From contig CALXAV010000005.1 in assembly GCA_944386385.1 (NCBI GenBank), positions 1,914-65,913 on the forward strand: a stretch of DNA of 64,000 bases, given 5' to 3'. Positions 1 to 10,500 of this stretch are shown here, piece by piece; positions within the stretch are counted from its first letter, which is position 1; each line of letters opens with the position of its first letter. The stretch is from an uncultured Clostridia bacterium (GTDB lineage: Bacteria > Bacillota > Clostridia > TANB77 > CAG-508). Below the pieces are notes generated by a model. The model did no database searches. It was not told the DNA's origin and saw nothing but the letters and a program-made list of their open reading frames with translations. Position numbers and translations under genes: made by a program.

Positions 1-1
1 C

Positions 2-2128
2 TATGATATAGGTCAAATTGTAATAGAAGCAAATGAATTAGTAAGTGGTGAAAAGAAAAGAAGAAGAGTTACAAATACAGCTTTTAAAGAGGGAGAAAAA
101 GTTGTTTTTGCGGATTTAAAACAAGGTGATTATGTAGTTCATAGAAGATATGGAATTGGTATTTATATTGGTGTAAATACCATTAAAGCCGATGGAATTG
201 TAAAAGATTATATTAAGATAAAATATAGAGATGATGCTATTCTTTATATTCCCACAAGTGATTTAGATAGTATAAGAAAATATGTTGGTGGAGATAGAAT
301 TAAGCCGAAGATAAATAAACTTGGAAGCAAAGAGTGGGATAATACTAAAGCTAGAGTAAAGAAGAATTTAAGAGAAGTTGCAAAAGAATTAATAGAACTT
401 TATGCAAAAAGAGAAAAAGCCACAGGTTTTAGTTTTAGTAAAGATACTCCTTGGCAAAAAGAATTTGAAGATAAATTTCCATACCAAGAAACAGATGATC
501 AATTAAGATGTATTGAAGAAATTAAAAAAGATATGGAAAAACCAAAACCAATGGATAGACTACTTTGCGGGGATGTTGGTTATGGTAAAACAGAAGTTGC
601 TATGAGAGCAGCATTTAAAGCAGCGATGGATGGAAAACAAGTTGCATATTTGGCTCCTACAACAGTTCTTGCAGAACAACAATATCAAGAATTTAAAGAA
701 AGAATGAAAGACTTTCCTGTAAAAATAGAGATATTAAATAGGTTTAAGAGCAAAAAGTATCAAAATGAAGTTGTTAAGAAGTTAAAACTTGGGGAAGTTG
801 ATATTGTAATAGGTACACATAGATTACTTGGAAAAGATGTAGAGTTTAAAGATTTGGGATTGCTAATAATAGATGAAGAGCATAGGTTTGGAGTAAAGCA
901 CAAAGAAAAAATAAAACAAATGAAGATGAATATAGACGTTTTAACAATGACAGCAACACCTATACCAAGAACTATGCATATGTCTATTGTTGGAATTCGT
1001 GATATGTCTGTTATTTACGAACCACCATATAATAGAAAGCCTGTTCAAACTTATGTATTAGAATATGACCAAGAAGTTATAAGAGAGGCAATTACAAAGG
1101 AACTTGAGAGAAATGGTCAAGTGTTCTATATATTTAATAATGTAGAAGGTATTGCAAGAAAGGCAGAAACAATATCAGAGTTGGTTCCAGAAGCAAAAGT
1201 TGCATATGCACATGGACAGATGACAGGAACTAGAATTGAAGATATTATGGAAGAGTTTGTTGAAGGAAATACTAATGTTTTGGTATGTACTACAATTCTA
1301 GAATCAGGAATTGATATCCCAAATGCTAATACTATTATTGTTGAAAATGCAGATAGAATGGGATTAGCACAGCTATATCAAATACGTGGTAGAGTTGGAA
1401 GGTCAGAAAGACAAGCATATGCATATATAACTTATAAAAGAGATAAATTGCTTACAGAAGTTGCAGATAAGAGGTTAAAAGCGATAAAAGAATTTACAGA
1501 GTTTGGTTCAGGTTTTAAAATTGCAATGAGAGACTTAGAAATAAGAGGAGCAGGAAGTTTACTTGGAGAAATTCAATCTGGACACTTAGAACAAGTAGGT
1601 TATGACACTTATTGTGATTTATTAGACCAAGTTGTAAAAGAAATGAAAGGTATTGAAGTAAAACCTGAAGTTGATATTCAAATTGATTTAGATATTACAA
1701 GTTATATACCAGACACTTATATTGAAGATAGTAGTGAAAAGATTGATATTTATCAAAAGATTGCTTTGTGCAGGACAGAAGAAGATATTGGGAATGTTAT
1801 TGATGAAATTATTGATAGATTTGGTAATATGCCAAAAGAATTGAATAACCTATTAGAGATTGCAAGAATTAAACAATTATGCAATTTAACAGCAGTTATA
1901 AAAGTTACAGAAAAGAAAAATAGAACTACAGGTTCTCAAAATGTTGTCTTCTATTTTGATAAAGATAAATATGATCCAAATATTATAACTACACTTTTAA
2001 AGAAATACGGAACTAAGATTAAGTTTTCAACTGGTATTGAGCCATATATTACCTTACTTCTTAAGAACAAGACAGAAGAACAACTTATTAAAGAGATAAA
2101 AGAGTTTTTGAATACAGTAAAAATTTAA
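2..2128 (+). CDS. mfd: Transcription-repair coupling factor Mfd, 5'-truncated by the window edge
   Basis: Frame is open from base 2. Translation shows a CarD-like region (DYVVHRRYGIGIY), helicase motifs (GDVGYGKTEVA, IIDEEHRFG, QLYQIRGRVGRS) and a TRCF C-terminal domain. Confidence 0.93.
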   Translation, partial: YDIGQIVIEANELVSGEKKRRRVTNTAFKEGEKVVFADLKQGDYVVHRRYGIGIYIGVNTIKADGIVKDYIKIKYRDDAILYIPTSDLDSIRKYVGGDRIKPKINKLGSKEWDNTKARVKKNLREVAKELIELYAKREKATGFSFSKDTPWQKEFEDKFPYQETDDQLRCIEEIKKDMEKPKPMDRLLCGDVGYGKTEVAMRAAFKAAMDGKQVAYLAPTTVLAEQQYQEFKERMKDFPVKIEILNRFKSKKYQNEVVKKLKLGEVDIVIGTHRLLGKDVEFKDLGLLIIDEEHRFGVKHKEKIKQMKMNIDVLTMTATPIPRTMHMSIVGIRDMSVIYEPPYNRKPVQTYVLEYDQEVIREAITKELERNGQVFYIFNNVEGIARKAETISELVPEAKVAYAHGQMTGTRIEDIMEEFVEGNTNVLVCTTILESGIDIPNANTIIVENADRMGLAQLYQIRGRVGRSERQAYAYITYKRDKLLTEVADKRLKAIKEFTEFGSGFKIAMRDLEIRGAGSLLGEIQSGHLEQVGYDTYCDLLDQVVKEMKGIEVKPEVDIQIDLDITSYIPDTYIEDSSEKIDIYQKIALCRTEEDIGNVIDEIIDRFGNMPKELNNLLEIARIKQLCNLTAVIKVTEKKNRTTGSQNVVFYFDKDKYDPNIITTLLKKYGTKIKFSTGIEPYITLLLKNKTEEQLIKEIKEFLNTVKI

Positions 2129-2169
2129 TTTCGCGTTTGGGACACATCTTAAGCGAAAAGGGGATTGTA

Positions 2170-2268
2170 GTAAGTTTTTAAATTTAAGCTTCGCTTAAGC
2201 GGCAATTTGCTACCCTTAATATCCCCTACGCAAATTGCCTAATTTAAAAACTTACTTATACTTTTTTT
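2170..2268 (+). terminator. Long composite terminator structure downstream of mfd
   Basis: 15-bp perfect inverted repeat GTAAGTTTTTAAATT (2170-2184) / AATTTAAAAACTTAC (2241-2255), followed by TTATACTTTTTTT. It encloses further 10-bp stems. Confidence 0.5.
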
Positions 2269-2315
2269 AAAAAATAAAAAATACCTTTAGATAAAATTAA
2301 TATCAATAGGTATTT

Positions 2316-2534
2316 TCATTTTTGCCTTGGATATGGTTTTGTTTCATTGGTTAAACCTAGTAAGTAGTCTATACTTGTGTTATAAAATTCAGATAATTTT
2401 ATTAATGATGATATAGGAATATTTATTTTGCCTAATTCATATTTACTATAATTTGTTTGAGAAATATTTAAAAATTTTGCAACATCTTCTTGCTTTAAGT
2501 CTTTGTCTTCTCTTAAATCTTTTAATCTTAGCAT
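2316..2534 (-). CDS. XRE-family helix-turn-helix transcriptional regulator (72 aa)
   Basis: HTH_3-like sequence (LKQEDVAKFLNISQTNYSKYELGK). RBS AAGGAGG lies upstream of the ATG at 2534. Divergent from the pilin-like gene at 2806. Confidence 0.85.
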   Translation of the reverse strand: MLRLKDLREDKDLKQEDVAKFLNISQTNYSKYELGKINIPISSLIKLSEFYNTSIDYLLGLTNETKPYPRQK

Positions 2535-2805
2535 ATAGCCTCCTTAAGATTATTATTTCAATTTTTAAATATTTTATAATAGTTACAATATGACTATTGA
2601 CAAATAGTTATATTTTGACTAAAATAATTGTAGATAATAATAAGATAAATACATGTATGAATTGTGTTTAAGATGATAATATCAGGAAATAATATAATAA
2701 ATGAAATTCTGTATAAGATATTTACAAATATCTTATGTTATATTAAGATGTTATTATAATACACGACATATATGTCGACAAATAACAAATGAAAGGAAGA
2801 AAAAT

Positions 2806-4228
2806 ATGAGAAACAAAGGAATTACACTAATTGCACTAGTGATTACTATAATTGTTTTATTAATACTTGCTGGGGTATCAATTGCAATGTTAACAGGGGA
2901 AAATGGAATACTTAATCAAGCACAAAGAGCAAAAAATGAGACAGAACAAGCGCAAATGGAAGAAGAAAATATCTTAGGTGAATATGAAAATTATTTAAGT
3001 CAGTATACAAATGGTGGATATGTAGAAAGCAAAGGAGTAAATGCTCCAGTATTAAAAGATGGAATGAAACTTGTAACTTATAATGAAGAAACTAAGAATT
3101 GGGATACAAATAATTCTAGTTCAGCTTATGATTATGTAGCAGGAGAAGGAACAGAAGATAATAATTCTAGCAAATGGGCAAATGCAAAGCTAACAATAGA
3201 TGGAGTAGATGGTTACTTTGTATGGATACCAAGATATGCATATAAAATAACATATAATGAAGATAGAATAGGTGGAATAATAGATGTAAAATTTTTAATA
3301 GGAACAACAGACCAATATTATGATGATGAAGGAAATTTACAAACAGCAAAAAGAGCAACAACAGGAAATGAAGACACATCAAATGATTACTATGTACATC
3401 CAGCTTTTACAAATAATGTGGAATTAGGTGGATGGAGTGAAGAATTAACGGGAATATGGGTAGGAAAATACGAAAGTAGTTTAGTAGATAAAACAGATAA
3501 AGATAATATAAAGAATATAGAAACTACTGAAGAAAACGGAAATATACTTTTGTCAGAAAACCCTAATAATGCAATAGCGGTGCAGCCAGGAATTAGTTCT
3601 TGGAGATATTGTACTATAGGAAATATGTATACAAATGCAAGATTATATGCAGAAAACTTAAATTCTCATATGCTAAAAAATAGTGAATGGGGAGCAGTAG
3701 CATATTTAACGTATAGTAGGTACCGGAAGAAATGGTTATGAGATAACTATAAATAATAGCAGTCAACATATAACTGGTTCGGCAGGAAATAGTGTAAATG
3801 CAGGAGAAGATGAGGGAACAACCAATGATTATACAAGTATACAGGGAGTACTTGCAAGTAGCACAGGAAATGTATATGGAATATATGATTTGTCAGGAGG
3901 CGCATATGAATATGTAGCAGCATATTACAATAGAGGAGATACTTTAGTAAATGGAAGTTCTTTCGCAAGTATAGGAAAAGATAATACAAAATGGAGTATG
4001 GCATATAAAGGACAAAATATTGAAATTAATGCTTTAATAGGGGATGCTACAAAAGAAGTAAAGAATTGGAATAATGATTCTTCTTATTTTGTAGCGAAAA
4101 CCGTACCATTTCTTGATAGAGGGGGAGGATATAAAAATAGTAGTAATGCAGGGATTTTCTTTTCTGGAAGAGAAGATGGTAGTAGCAAAGATAGTGCTGG
4201 ATTTCGAATGTGTATTATAACAAAATAA
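2806..4228 (+). pseudogene. Prepilin-type N-terminal domain protein with C-terminal FGE-sulfatase (SUMF1-like) domain, interrupted by a +1 frameshift near 3718
   Basis: RBS GAAAGGAAG precedes the ATG at 2806 (MRNKGITLIALVITIIVLLILAGVSIAMLTGENG). Frame 1 stops at 3741, while frame 2 is open from 3710 and continues (GTGRNGYEITINN...GNVYGIYDLSGGAYEYV...RGGGY...GFRM). It is collinear with the intact paralog at 61383-62651. Confidence 0.75.
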
Positions 4229-4257
4229 AACTTGCTAAAATACAAAAAAAGTTATAA

Positions 4258-4301
4258 AATACAATAGTACAGTAAATAATAAGAGTACTATTGTATTTTT
4301 T
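4258..4301 (+). terminator. Intrinsic terminator
   Basis: 13-bp stem AATACAATAGTAC / GTACTATTGTATT followed by a T run. Confidence 0.7.
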
Positions 4302-4305
4302 AGGG

Positions 4306-4336
4306 GCTGTTTTTTGACCCCGTCCTAAAAAACAGC
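4306..4336. repeat. GGACGGG-loop hairpin, copy A (inverted relative to copies B and C)
   Basis: GCTGTTTTTT-GACCCCGTCCT-AAAAAACAGC: a 10-bp A/T-rich stem with a GC-rich 11-nt loop. Near-identical to the copies at 15857 and 63560. Confidence 0.8.
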
Positions 4337-4352
4337 ATAAGGAGATTTATTT

Positions 4353-5144
4353 ATGAATGTTATTTCAAGTAAAGATAATGAAATAGTAAAAAGTGTTAAG
4401 AAGTTAAAAGAAAAGAAATATAGAGACTTAGAAAATGCTTACATAGTAGAAGGAATAAAAATGGTAAAAGAAGCAATTATGGAAAGAGCTTCTATTAGGC
4501 AGATAATAATATGTGATGATTGTGAAAAATCTGATAACATACCAAAAGAACTAATGTATGAGATAGCAAAATATGATTGTACGTATGTTACAAGTAAAGT
4601 CTTTAAATATATATCAGAAGTACAAACACCACAAGGAGTGTTAGCAGTAATTGAGAAAAATAATGGGATTAGTGATATAAATTATAATGAAGATATAATA
4701 GTAGCATTAGATGATATTCAAGACCCAGGAAATTTAGGGACTATTCTTAGAACTGTAGATAGTGTAGGCTTAACACAAATATTAGTATCAAAAGGAACAG
4801 CAGATTGTTATAATCCAAAAGTGGTTCGTTCCAGTATGGGAGCAATATATAGAGTAAAAGTTATAGAATGTGGAGATTTATTAGAAACATTAAAAGAAGT
4901 AAAAAGAAATAAGTTTAAAATATTAGTTACTTCTTTAGGAGATAGTAAAAATATTTATGATATGAAATATAATAAAAAAGTACTAGTAATAGGTAATGAA
5001 GCAAATGGTGTAGAAGAAAGGATAATGAACTTAGCAGATGAAAGAATTAAAATACCAATGCTTGGAAGAACAGAAAGTTTAAATGCAGCAGTTGCAACAG
5101 GAATAATTTTATATGAATATGTAAGACAAAAAGGAAAATATTAA
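4353..5144 (+). CDS. TrmH/SpoU-family RNA 2'-O-methyltransferase
   Basis: SpoU substrate-binding and methylase motifs (LDDIQDPGNLGTILRT, GNEANGV, IPMLGRTESLNAAVA). RBS AAGGAG. Confidence 0.85.
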   Translation: MNVISSKDNEIVKSVKKLKEKKYRDLENAYIVEGIKMVKEAIMERASIRQIIICDDCEKSDNIPKELMYEIAKYDCTYVTSKVFKYISEVQTPQGVLAVIEKNNGISDINYNEDIIVALDDIQDPGNLGTILRTVDSVGLTQILVSKGTADCYNPKVVRSSMGAIYRVKVIECGDLLETLKEVKRNKFKILVTSLGDSKNIYDMKYNKKVLVIGNEANGVEERIMNLADERIKIPMLGRTESLNAAVATGIILYEYVRQKGKY

Positions 5145-5167
5145 TTAAAAGAAAAGAGGAATAAAAA

Positions 5168-5671
5168 GTGAAAATAAATATAGTAATGGTGGAACCAGAA
5201 ATTCCACAAAATACAGGAAATATTGCAAGAACATGTGCAGCAACAGGTGCTAAATTACACTTAGTACATCCATTAGGATTTAGCATATCAGATAAGGCAG
5301 TAAAAAGAGCAGGACTAGATTATTGGGACAAATTAGAAATAGAAGAACATACATCATTTAAAGAGTTTTTAGAAAAATATAAACCAGAAGAAAATAATAT
5401 GTTTTTTGCAACAACAAAGGGAAAACATGTATATTCAGAGCCTGATTATAGTAAAATGGATGAAGTATTTTTATTATTTGGAAAAGAAACTAAAGGACTT
5501 CCAGAAGATATATTACAAAAATATATTGATAAAACAATAAGAATACCTATGAGAGAAACACTAAGATCTTTAAATTTATCAAATTCAGTTTCAATAGTTG
5601 TATATGAAGTATTAAGACAGAAAAGTTTTGAAGGTTTAGAGGAAATAAGTAGTTATTTTGATAATAAGTAA
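5168..5671 (+). CDS. trmL: tRNA (cytidine/uridine-2'-O)-methyltransferase TrmL-like
   Basis: GTG start after AAGAGGA. Motifs PEIPQNTGNIARTC, GKETKGLP and IPM...RSLNLSNSV are typical of TrmL/YibK-type SPOUT enzymes. Confidence 0.8.
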   Translation: MKINIVMVEPEIPQNTGNIARTCAATGAKLHLVHPLGFSISDKAVKRAGLDYWDKLEIEEHTSFKEFLEKYKPEENNMFFATTKGKHVYSEPDYSKMDEVFLLFGKETKGLPEDILQKYIDKTIRIPMRETLRSLNLSNSVSIVVYEVLRQKSFEGLEEISSYFDNK

Positions 5672-5712
5672 TTATTTTGTCGAATTTTGCGATGAAAAGT
5701 TAAAAAACATTG

Positions 5713-5741
5713 AGAGAAAAGCTTGGCTTTTCTCTATTTTT
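5713..5741 (+). terminator. Intrinsic terminator after trmL
   Basis: AGAGAAAAGC-ttg-GCTTTTCTCT followed by ATTTTT. Confidence 0.75.
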
Positions 5742-5931
5742 GTGAGATAATAAATAAGAATTATTAATTCAAAAAATTTTGTTCAAGATTTTTTAAATCT
5801 AAAAAATGAATTTCAAAGAAAAATTAAGCAAAAAAGAGAAAAAGGAATAGAGGTGAAGAACCAACATATAATTTACTTTTAAATAAAAGTTAATTAATGA
5901 TTTTAATTAACTTATAATAAGGAGGAAGGAT

Positions 5932-6948
5932 TTGGAAGTATTTACTTATAATGATTATATAAAGTGTATACACACTTTGCGTCTTAATGCTGTTTTTCAG
6001 TTAGCGGAGGAAAGCACAGAATATAATTTAGAAACAGGTAAACCAAAGAAAAAAATAAATAATGTGCATGATAAGATAATTAAAAAGATTTTAAAGAATA
6101 AAAAAGAAGTAGCGAATATGATAAATGATTTTGTAGGAACTAAAGAAAAAATTAAAGAAGAAAATTTAGTAAAATATACAAGTAGTTTTATAACAAGGAA
6201 ATATAAATCAAGAGAAGCGGATATAGTATATAAATTAAAAGATAAAAATATATTTTTCTTAATTGAACATCAATCATCAATAGATAATAATATTGCATAT
6301 ATGTTGTTAAATTATTGTATTGATATTATTTATGATTGGAATACTTCAGTAAAAATAAAAAAAGGAATACAATATCCAATAGTAGTACCAATAATTATTT
6401 ATACAGGTACAGATAAATGGAATATTTTTAATGATTTTAGTAAAATGCAAGTTAGTGATTATGTATTTCAAAATTATAAAATAGACTTTAAATATAATTT
6501 AATAGAAATAAATAAAATGTCGTTTAAAACATTAATTCAAAAAAATACCTTATTTTCTCAGACAATGGCTTTAGAGAAAACTAGAAATTATGAAGAATTC
6601 AAAAACATTTTAAATGAAATATTAACCCAAAGTAAAGGTGATTTTGAAGAAGAATTATATGAGATTTCAGCATTTTTACTTGAAAACATAATGAAAGATA
6701 GTTATGATGAAGAAATGTATTTAAAAATAGAAGGAGGAAAAAGTAGTATGTCTAGCTTATATGAAAGACAAGTTCAAGGATTTAGACAGGACATAAAAAA
6801 TTGGGTGAATGAATATATACAGGAAGGTAAAAGAGAAAGTATAAAAACTATTGTGAAAAATTTAATTGCTAATAATAGTTCAGATGAGTTCATTATTAAA
6901 ATTACAAATATAACAAAAAGTGAACTAGAGGAAATAAAAAAAGAATGA
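5932..6948 (+). CDS. Rpn-family recombination-promoting nuclease / putative transposase (PD-(D/E)xK, YhgA-like)
   Basis: TTG start after AAGGAGGAAGG. N-terminal HDKIIKKILKNKKEV... and ADIVYKLKDKNIFFLIEHQSSID match the Rpn/YhgA core pattern. Confidence 0.7.
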   Translation: MEVFTYNDYIKCIHTLRLNAVFQLAEESTEYNLETGKPKKKINNVHDKIIKKILKNKKEVANMINDFVGTKEKIKEENLVKYTSSFITRKYKSREADIVYKLKDKNIFFLIEHQSSIDNNIAYMLLNYCIDIIYDWNTSVKIKKGIQYPIVVPIIIYTGTDKWNIFNDFSKMQVSDYVFQNYKIDFKYNLIEINKMSFKTLIQKNTLFSQTMALEKTRNYEEFKNILNEILTQSKGDFEEELYEISAFLLENIMKDSYDEEMYLKIEGGKSSMSSLYERQVQGFRQDIKNWVNEYIQEGKRESIKTIVKNLIANNSSDEFIIKITNITKSELEEIKKE

Positions 6949-7187
6949 TTAGTTAATAAATGAAACTATTGATATACTAAAGAAAGAAGTCTCTTAAACT
7001 ATAATACTAAGTGACTTCTTGTTAACTAATTAGTAAACATTATATTGGAAGATTTAGAAAAGTTAGAAAAACGTTAAAAAAGTGAGAAAATTAAAGAATT
7101 AATAAATAAAAGTTTACAAATAAAGTGAAACAGGGATTGACTGAGTAAAACTCATCATGTTAAATTTACCTATAAGGAGGGATAAAA

Positions 7188-7535
7188 ATGGAAATCATTG
7201 ACGCAAATGTAGATTTTAAACTAATAGGACAAAGGATAAGAGAAGCAAGAGCTAAAAAAGGTTGGTCTCAAGAAAAATTAGCTGAAACTATAGATGTTGC
7301 AACAGCATATTTAAGTAGAGTAGAACGTGGAGGTTCTGCTATAAATTTAAAAAGATTAGGACAAATATCAATAGCACTAGATGTTCCTATGGAAGAATTA
7401 ATAACAGGGGTTGTTAAAGAAGATTATAGATATTTAAACAAAGAATTTGATGATCTATTAAAACAATGTTCAAAAGATAAACAAAGGTTAATATATAATA
7501 TTGCAAAAATAGTTGCAGGAGTAAAATTCGTATAG
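7188..7535 (+). CDS. XRE-family HTH transcriptional regulator (115 aa)
   Basis: IGQRIREARAKKGWSQEKLAETIDVATAYLSRVERG is a canonical HTH_3. RBS AAGGAGG. Confidence 0.85.
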   Translation: MEIIDANVDFKLIGQRIREARAKKGWSQEKLAETIDVATAYLSRVERGGSAINLKRLGQISIALDVPMEELITGVVKEDYRYLNKEFDDLLKQCSKDKQRLIYNIAKIVAGVKFV

Positions 7536-7590
7536 AAAAATTTCTTTACAAAAAGCAAAAAATAGTATAAACTACTTTCAGGTGATAGAA

Positions 7591-10500
7591 ATGTATTTAA
7601 AGAGACTAGAATTACAAGGGTTCAAATCTTTTGCAGATAAAACAGTATTAGAATTTATGCCAGGAATAACAGCAGTAATAGGGCCAAATGGTTCGGGAAA
7701 AAGCAATATATCAGATGCAATTCGTTGGATTTTAGGCGAGCAAAGTATGAAATCATTAAGAGGAAGCAAATCATTAGATATTATTTTTTCAGGAACACAA
7801 AACAGAAAATCTTTAGGTTTTGCAGAAGGCTCATTAGTATTTGATAATACAGATGGGAGTTTACCTATTGAATATACAGAAGTCACTATTACAAGAAAGT
7901 TATACAGAAGTGGTGAAACAGGATATTATATAAATAAAGTACCATGTAGACTAAAAGATGTATTAGAATTATTTATGGATACAGGTATTGGTAAAGACGG
8001 ATATTCTATAATTGGACAAGGAAAGATAGATGAAATCTTAAGTAATAAATCAGAAGATAGAAGAAATATTTTTGAAGAAGCAGCAGGAATTGTTAAATAT
8101 AGAGTAAGAAAACAAGAATCTGAGAAAAAATTAGAACGTACGAAGCTTAATTTACTTAGAATAAATGACATATTATCAGAAATAGAAAGTAATATAGAGC
8201 CTTTAAAAATGAGTGCGGAAAAAGCAAGAAAATATTTGAACTTAAGAGAAGAATTGAAAAATATAGAAATTGGGTTATTCATCTATAATATAGAAAAGTA
8301 CAAAGAAAGTTTAGAGCAAATTGTAAAAGATGAAGAGATTTATAAAGCAAATAGTGAAGAAGAAGAGCAAAAAATGGAAAGAATAAAGGCTTTAAAAGAA
8401 GAATTAAAATCTCAAATAGATGAAATAACAACTAGAATAGAAGAGATGTCGAACATGGGCTTTGAAAGCCAAAAAGAAATAGAGATGTTAAATTCTGATA
8501 TTAGTGTTGCAAAAACTAGAATAGAAAATAATAATGAAAATACGAGAAGATATGAAAAAGAAATAGAAGAAGCAAAAGAAAAATTGAATGACCTAAAAGA
8601 AGAGATGGAACAAAAGAAACAAAAGAAAGACAGTTTAAAAGAAAATAAGGAAAAATTCCAAAAAGAATTAGATGAAAAGCAAGAAGAATTAAGAAAAATC
8701 ACAGAGAAGTTGTCTAGTAAAGAACTTGAAATAGAAGGATATAAAACAAAAGTATCTGAGAATACTGATAAAAAATATGAATTACAAGGAGAGGTACATA
8801 CAGAAGAAATTAATTTTGAAAACTTTGAAAAAAGAGAAGTGCAAATTCAAAATGAGATAGCATCTAATATATCTGAATTAGATAGTACAAGAATGCAAAA
8901 AGAAGACATAGCAAAAGAATTTTATGAGATTGACAGCAAAAGAAATAAAATAGTAAAAAGCTTAGAGGAAGTGAATGCTAAGAAAGAAGAAGCAGATAAA
9001 AAGATAAAATTATATGAGAATAATATAAATGCATATCAAAGTGAAAAGAGAATCAAAGAATCAAGACTAAAATTTTTAGAAGAAACAGAAAGAGAAAAAG
9101 AAGGTTATATTAAGAGTGTAAAATCACTTTTGAAAGACTGTGAGAATATCAAAGAACTAGGGAAAGGTATGCATGGAGTATTAGCAAATATAATTGAAGT
9201 CCCAGAAGAATATCAAACAGCAATAGAAATGTGCCTAGGAGCAAGTCTTCAAAATATTGTAACAGATACAGAGGAAGATGCTAAAAAGTTAGTAGAACAT
9301 CTAAGAAAAAATAATCTTGGAAGAGCATCATTTTTACCTATAACATCAGTAAGAGGAAAGAAGCTAGACAGAATAAAAGGAAAAGAACCAGGTGTAATTG
9401 GAATTGCATCAGATTTAATAAAATATAGTAAAAAATATGAGCAAATAGTAACTAATTTGCTTGGAAGAACAGTAATAGTAAATAATATGGATACAGCAAT
9501 TAAACTTGCAAAACAAAATGGATATTCATTTAGAATAATTACTGTAGAAGGTGATGTGATAAATCCATCAGGAGCAATTACAGGAGGTTCAGTTACAAAG
9601 AAGACTGTAAATATCTTAGGTAGAGGAAGAGAAATAGAGAAACTTCAAAAAGAAATAAAAACTTTAGAAGAAAAAATAAAGAAACAAGAGCAAGAAAAGA
9701 AAGAATATGAAGATTCAATTGAAAATATCTTTGAAGAAGCAAGTAGTTGGGAGAAAGAACTTCAAGAGATTGATATAACATATGCAACAGAAAAACAAAA
9801 GCTAGTATCAATTGAGGAAAATATTGAAAAAATAGAAAAAAGAATAAGCAAACTAAAAGAAGAAAAGGAAAAGCTAAAAGAAGAAAAAGAACAAGCAATT
9901 AATATAAAGGAAACTATTCAAGAAGAGATTAGCAAAATAACTGAGGAAACAGAAAAATTAACTAGTATTATTCAAGAATTCGCAGAAATTAATAAAGATA
10001 ATCAAAAATATGTAGATGATTTAAATTTTGATATTACAAACTTAAAAATATCAGTATCATCATTTGATGAAAGTGAAGCTTCTATTGAAGAAATTGAAGA
10101 AAGAATAAATGCTGAAGTAGAAAATACAAAGCAAAGTATAGAAAATAAAACAAGACAAATAGAAGAGATAAAACAAGATAATATAACTTTAAATGAGTCA
10201 ATAAAAGATATAGAAGAAAAAATAGATAAAATAAAAGAAGAAGTAAAAAATAGCGGAAGTAAAATCGAAGAATTAAAACAAGATAGAATAAATAAAAACG
10301 AGAGACTAAAGAAAATAGAAGACGAAATAAATGATAAATTTAAAGTTATAGAAGATTTAAAAGCACAAATAGTGAAAATAGATGTTAAGAAAACAAAAAT
10401 CGAAGATGATATAAATGATATTATTAATAAGATGTGGGAAGAATATGAATTAACTCCAAATAATGTAAAAGACTGTAGAAAACCTGAAAATGTTGTAGCT

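Noticed and set aside
2701-2805. 35-codon N-terminal extension of the pilin-FGE ORF in the track
   Set aside because: It has no SD and an implausible peptide (MKFCIRYLQISYVILRCYYN...). The ATG at 2806 has GAAAGGAAG upstream and aligns with the paralog N-termini.
4302-4345. preQ1-I-like riboswitch (GGGG...CCCC stem followed by UAAAAAACAGCAUAAGGAG) upstream of the TrmH-family gene
   Set aside because: The same sequence recurs downstream of unrelated genes (15857, 63560) in both orientations. It is better explained as the dispersed hairpin repeat, and the downstream gene is not queuosine-related.
5932-6948. Rpn-family gene as a bounded mobile element
   Set aside because: I found no terminal inverted repeats or target duplications around it. 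Only a palindrome (5888-5914) lies upstream, so it is treated as a stand-alone nuclease gene.
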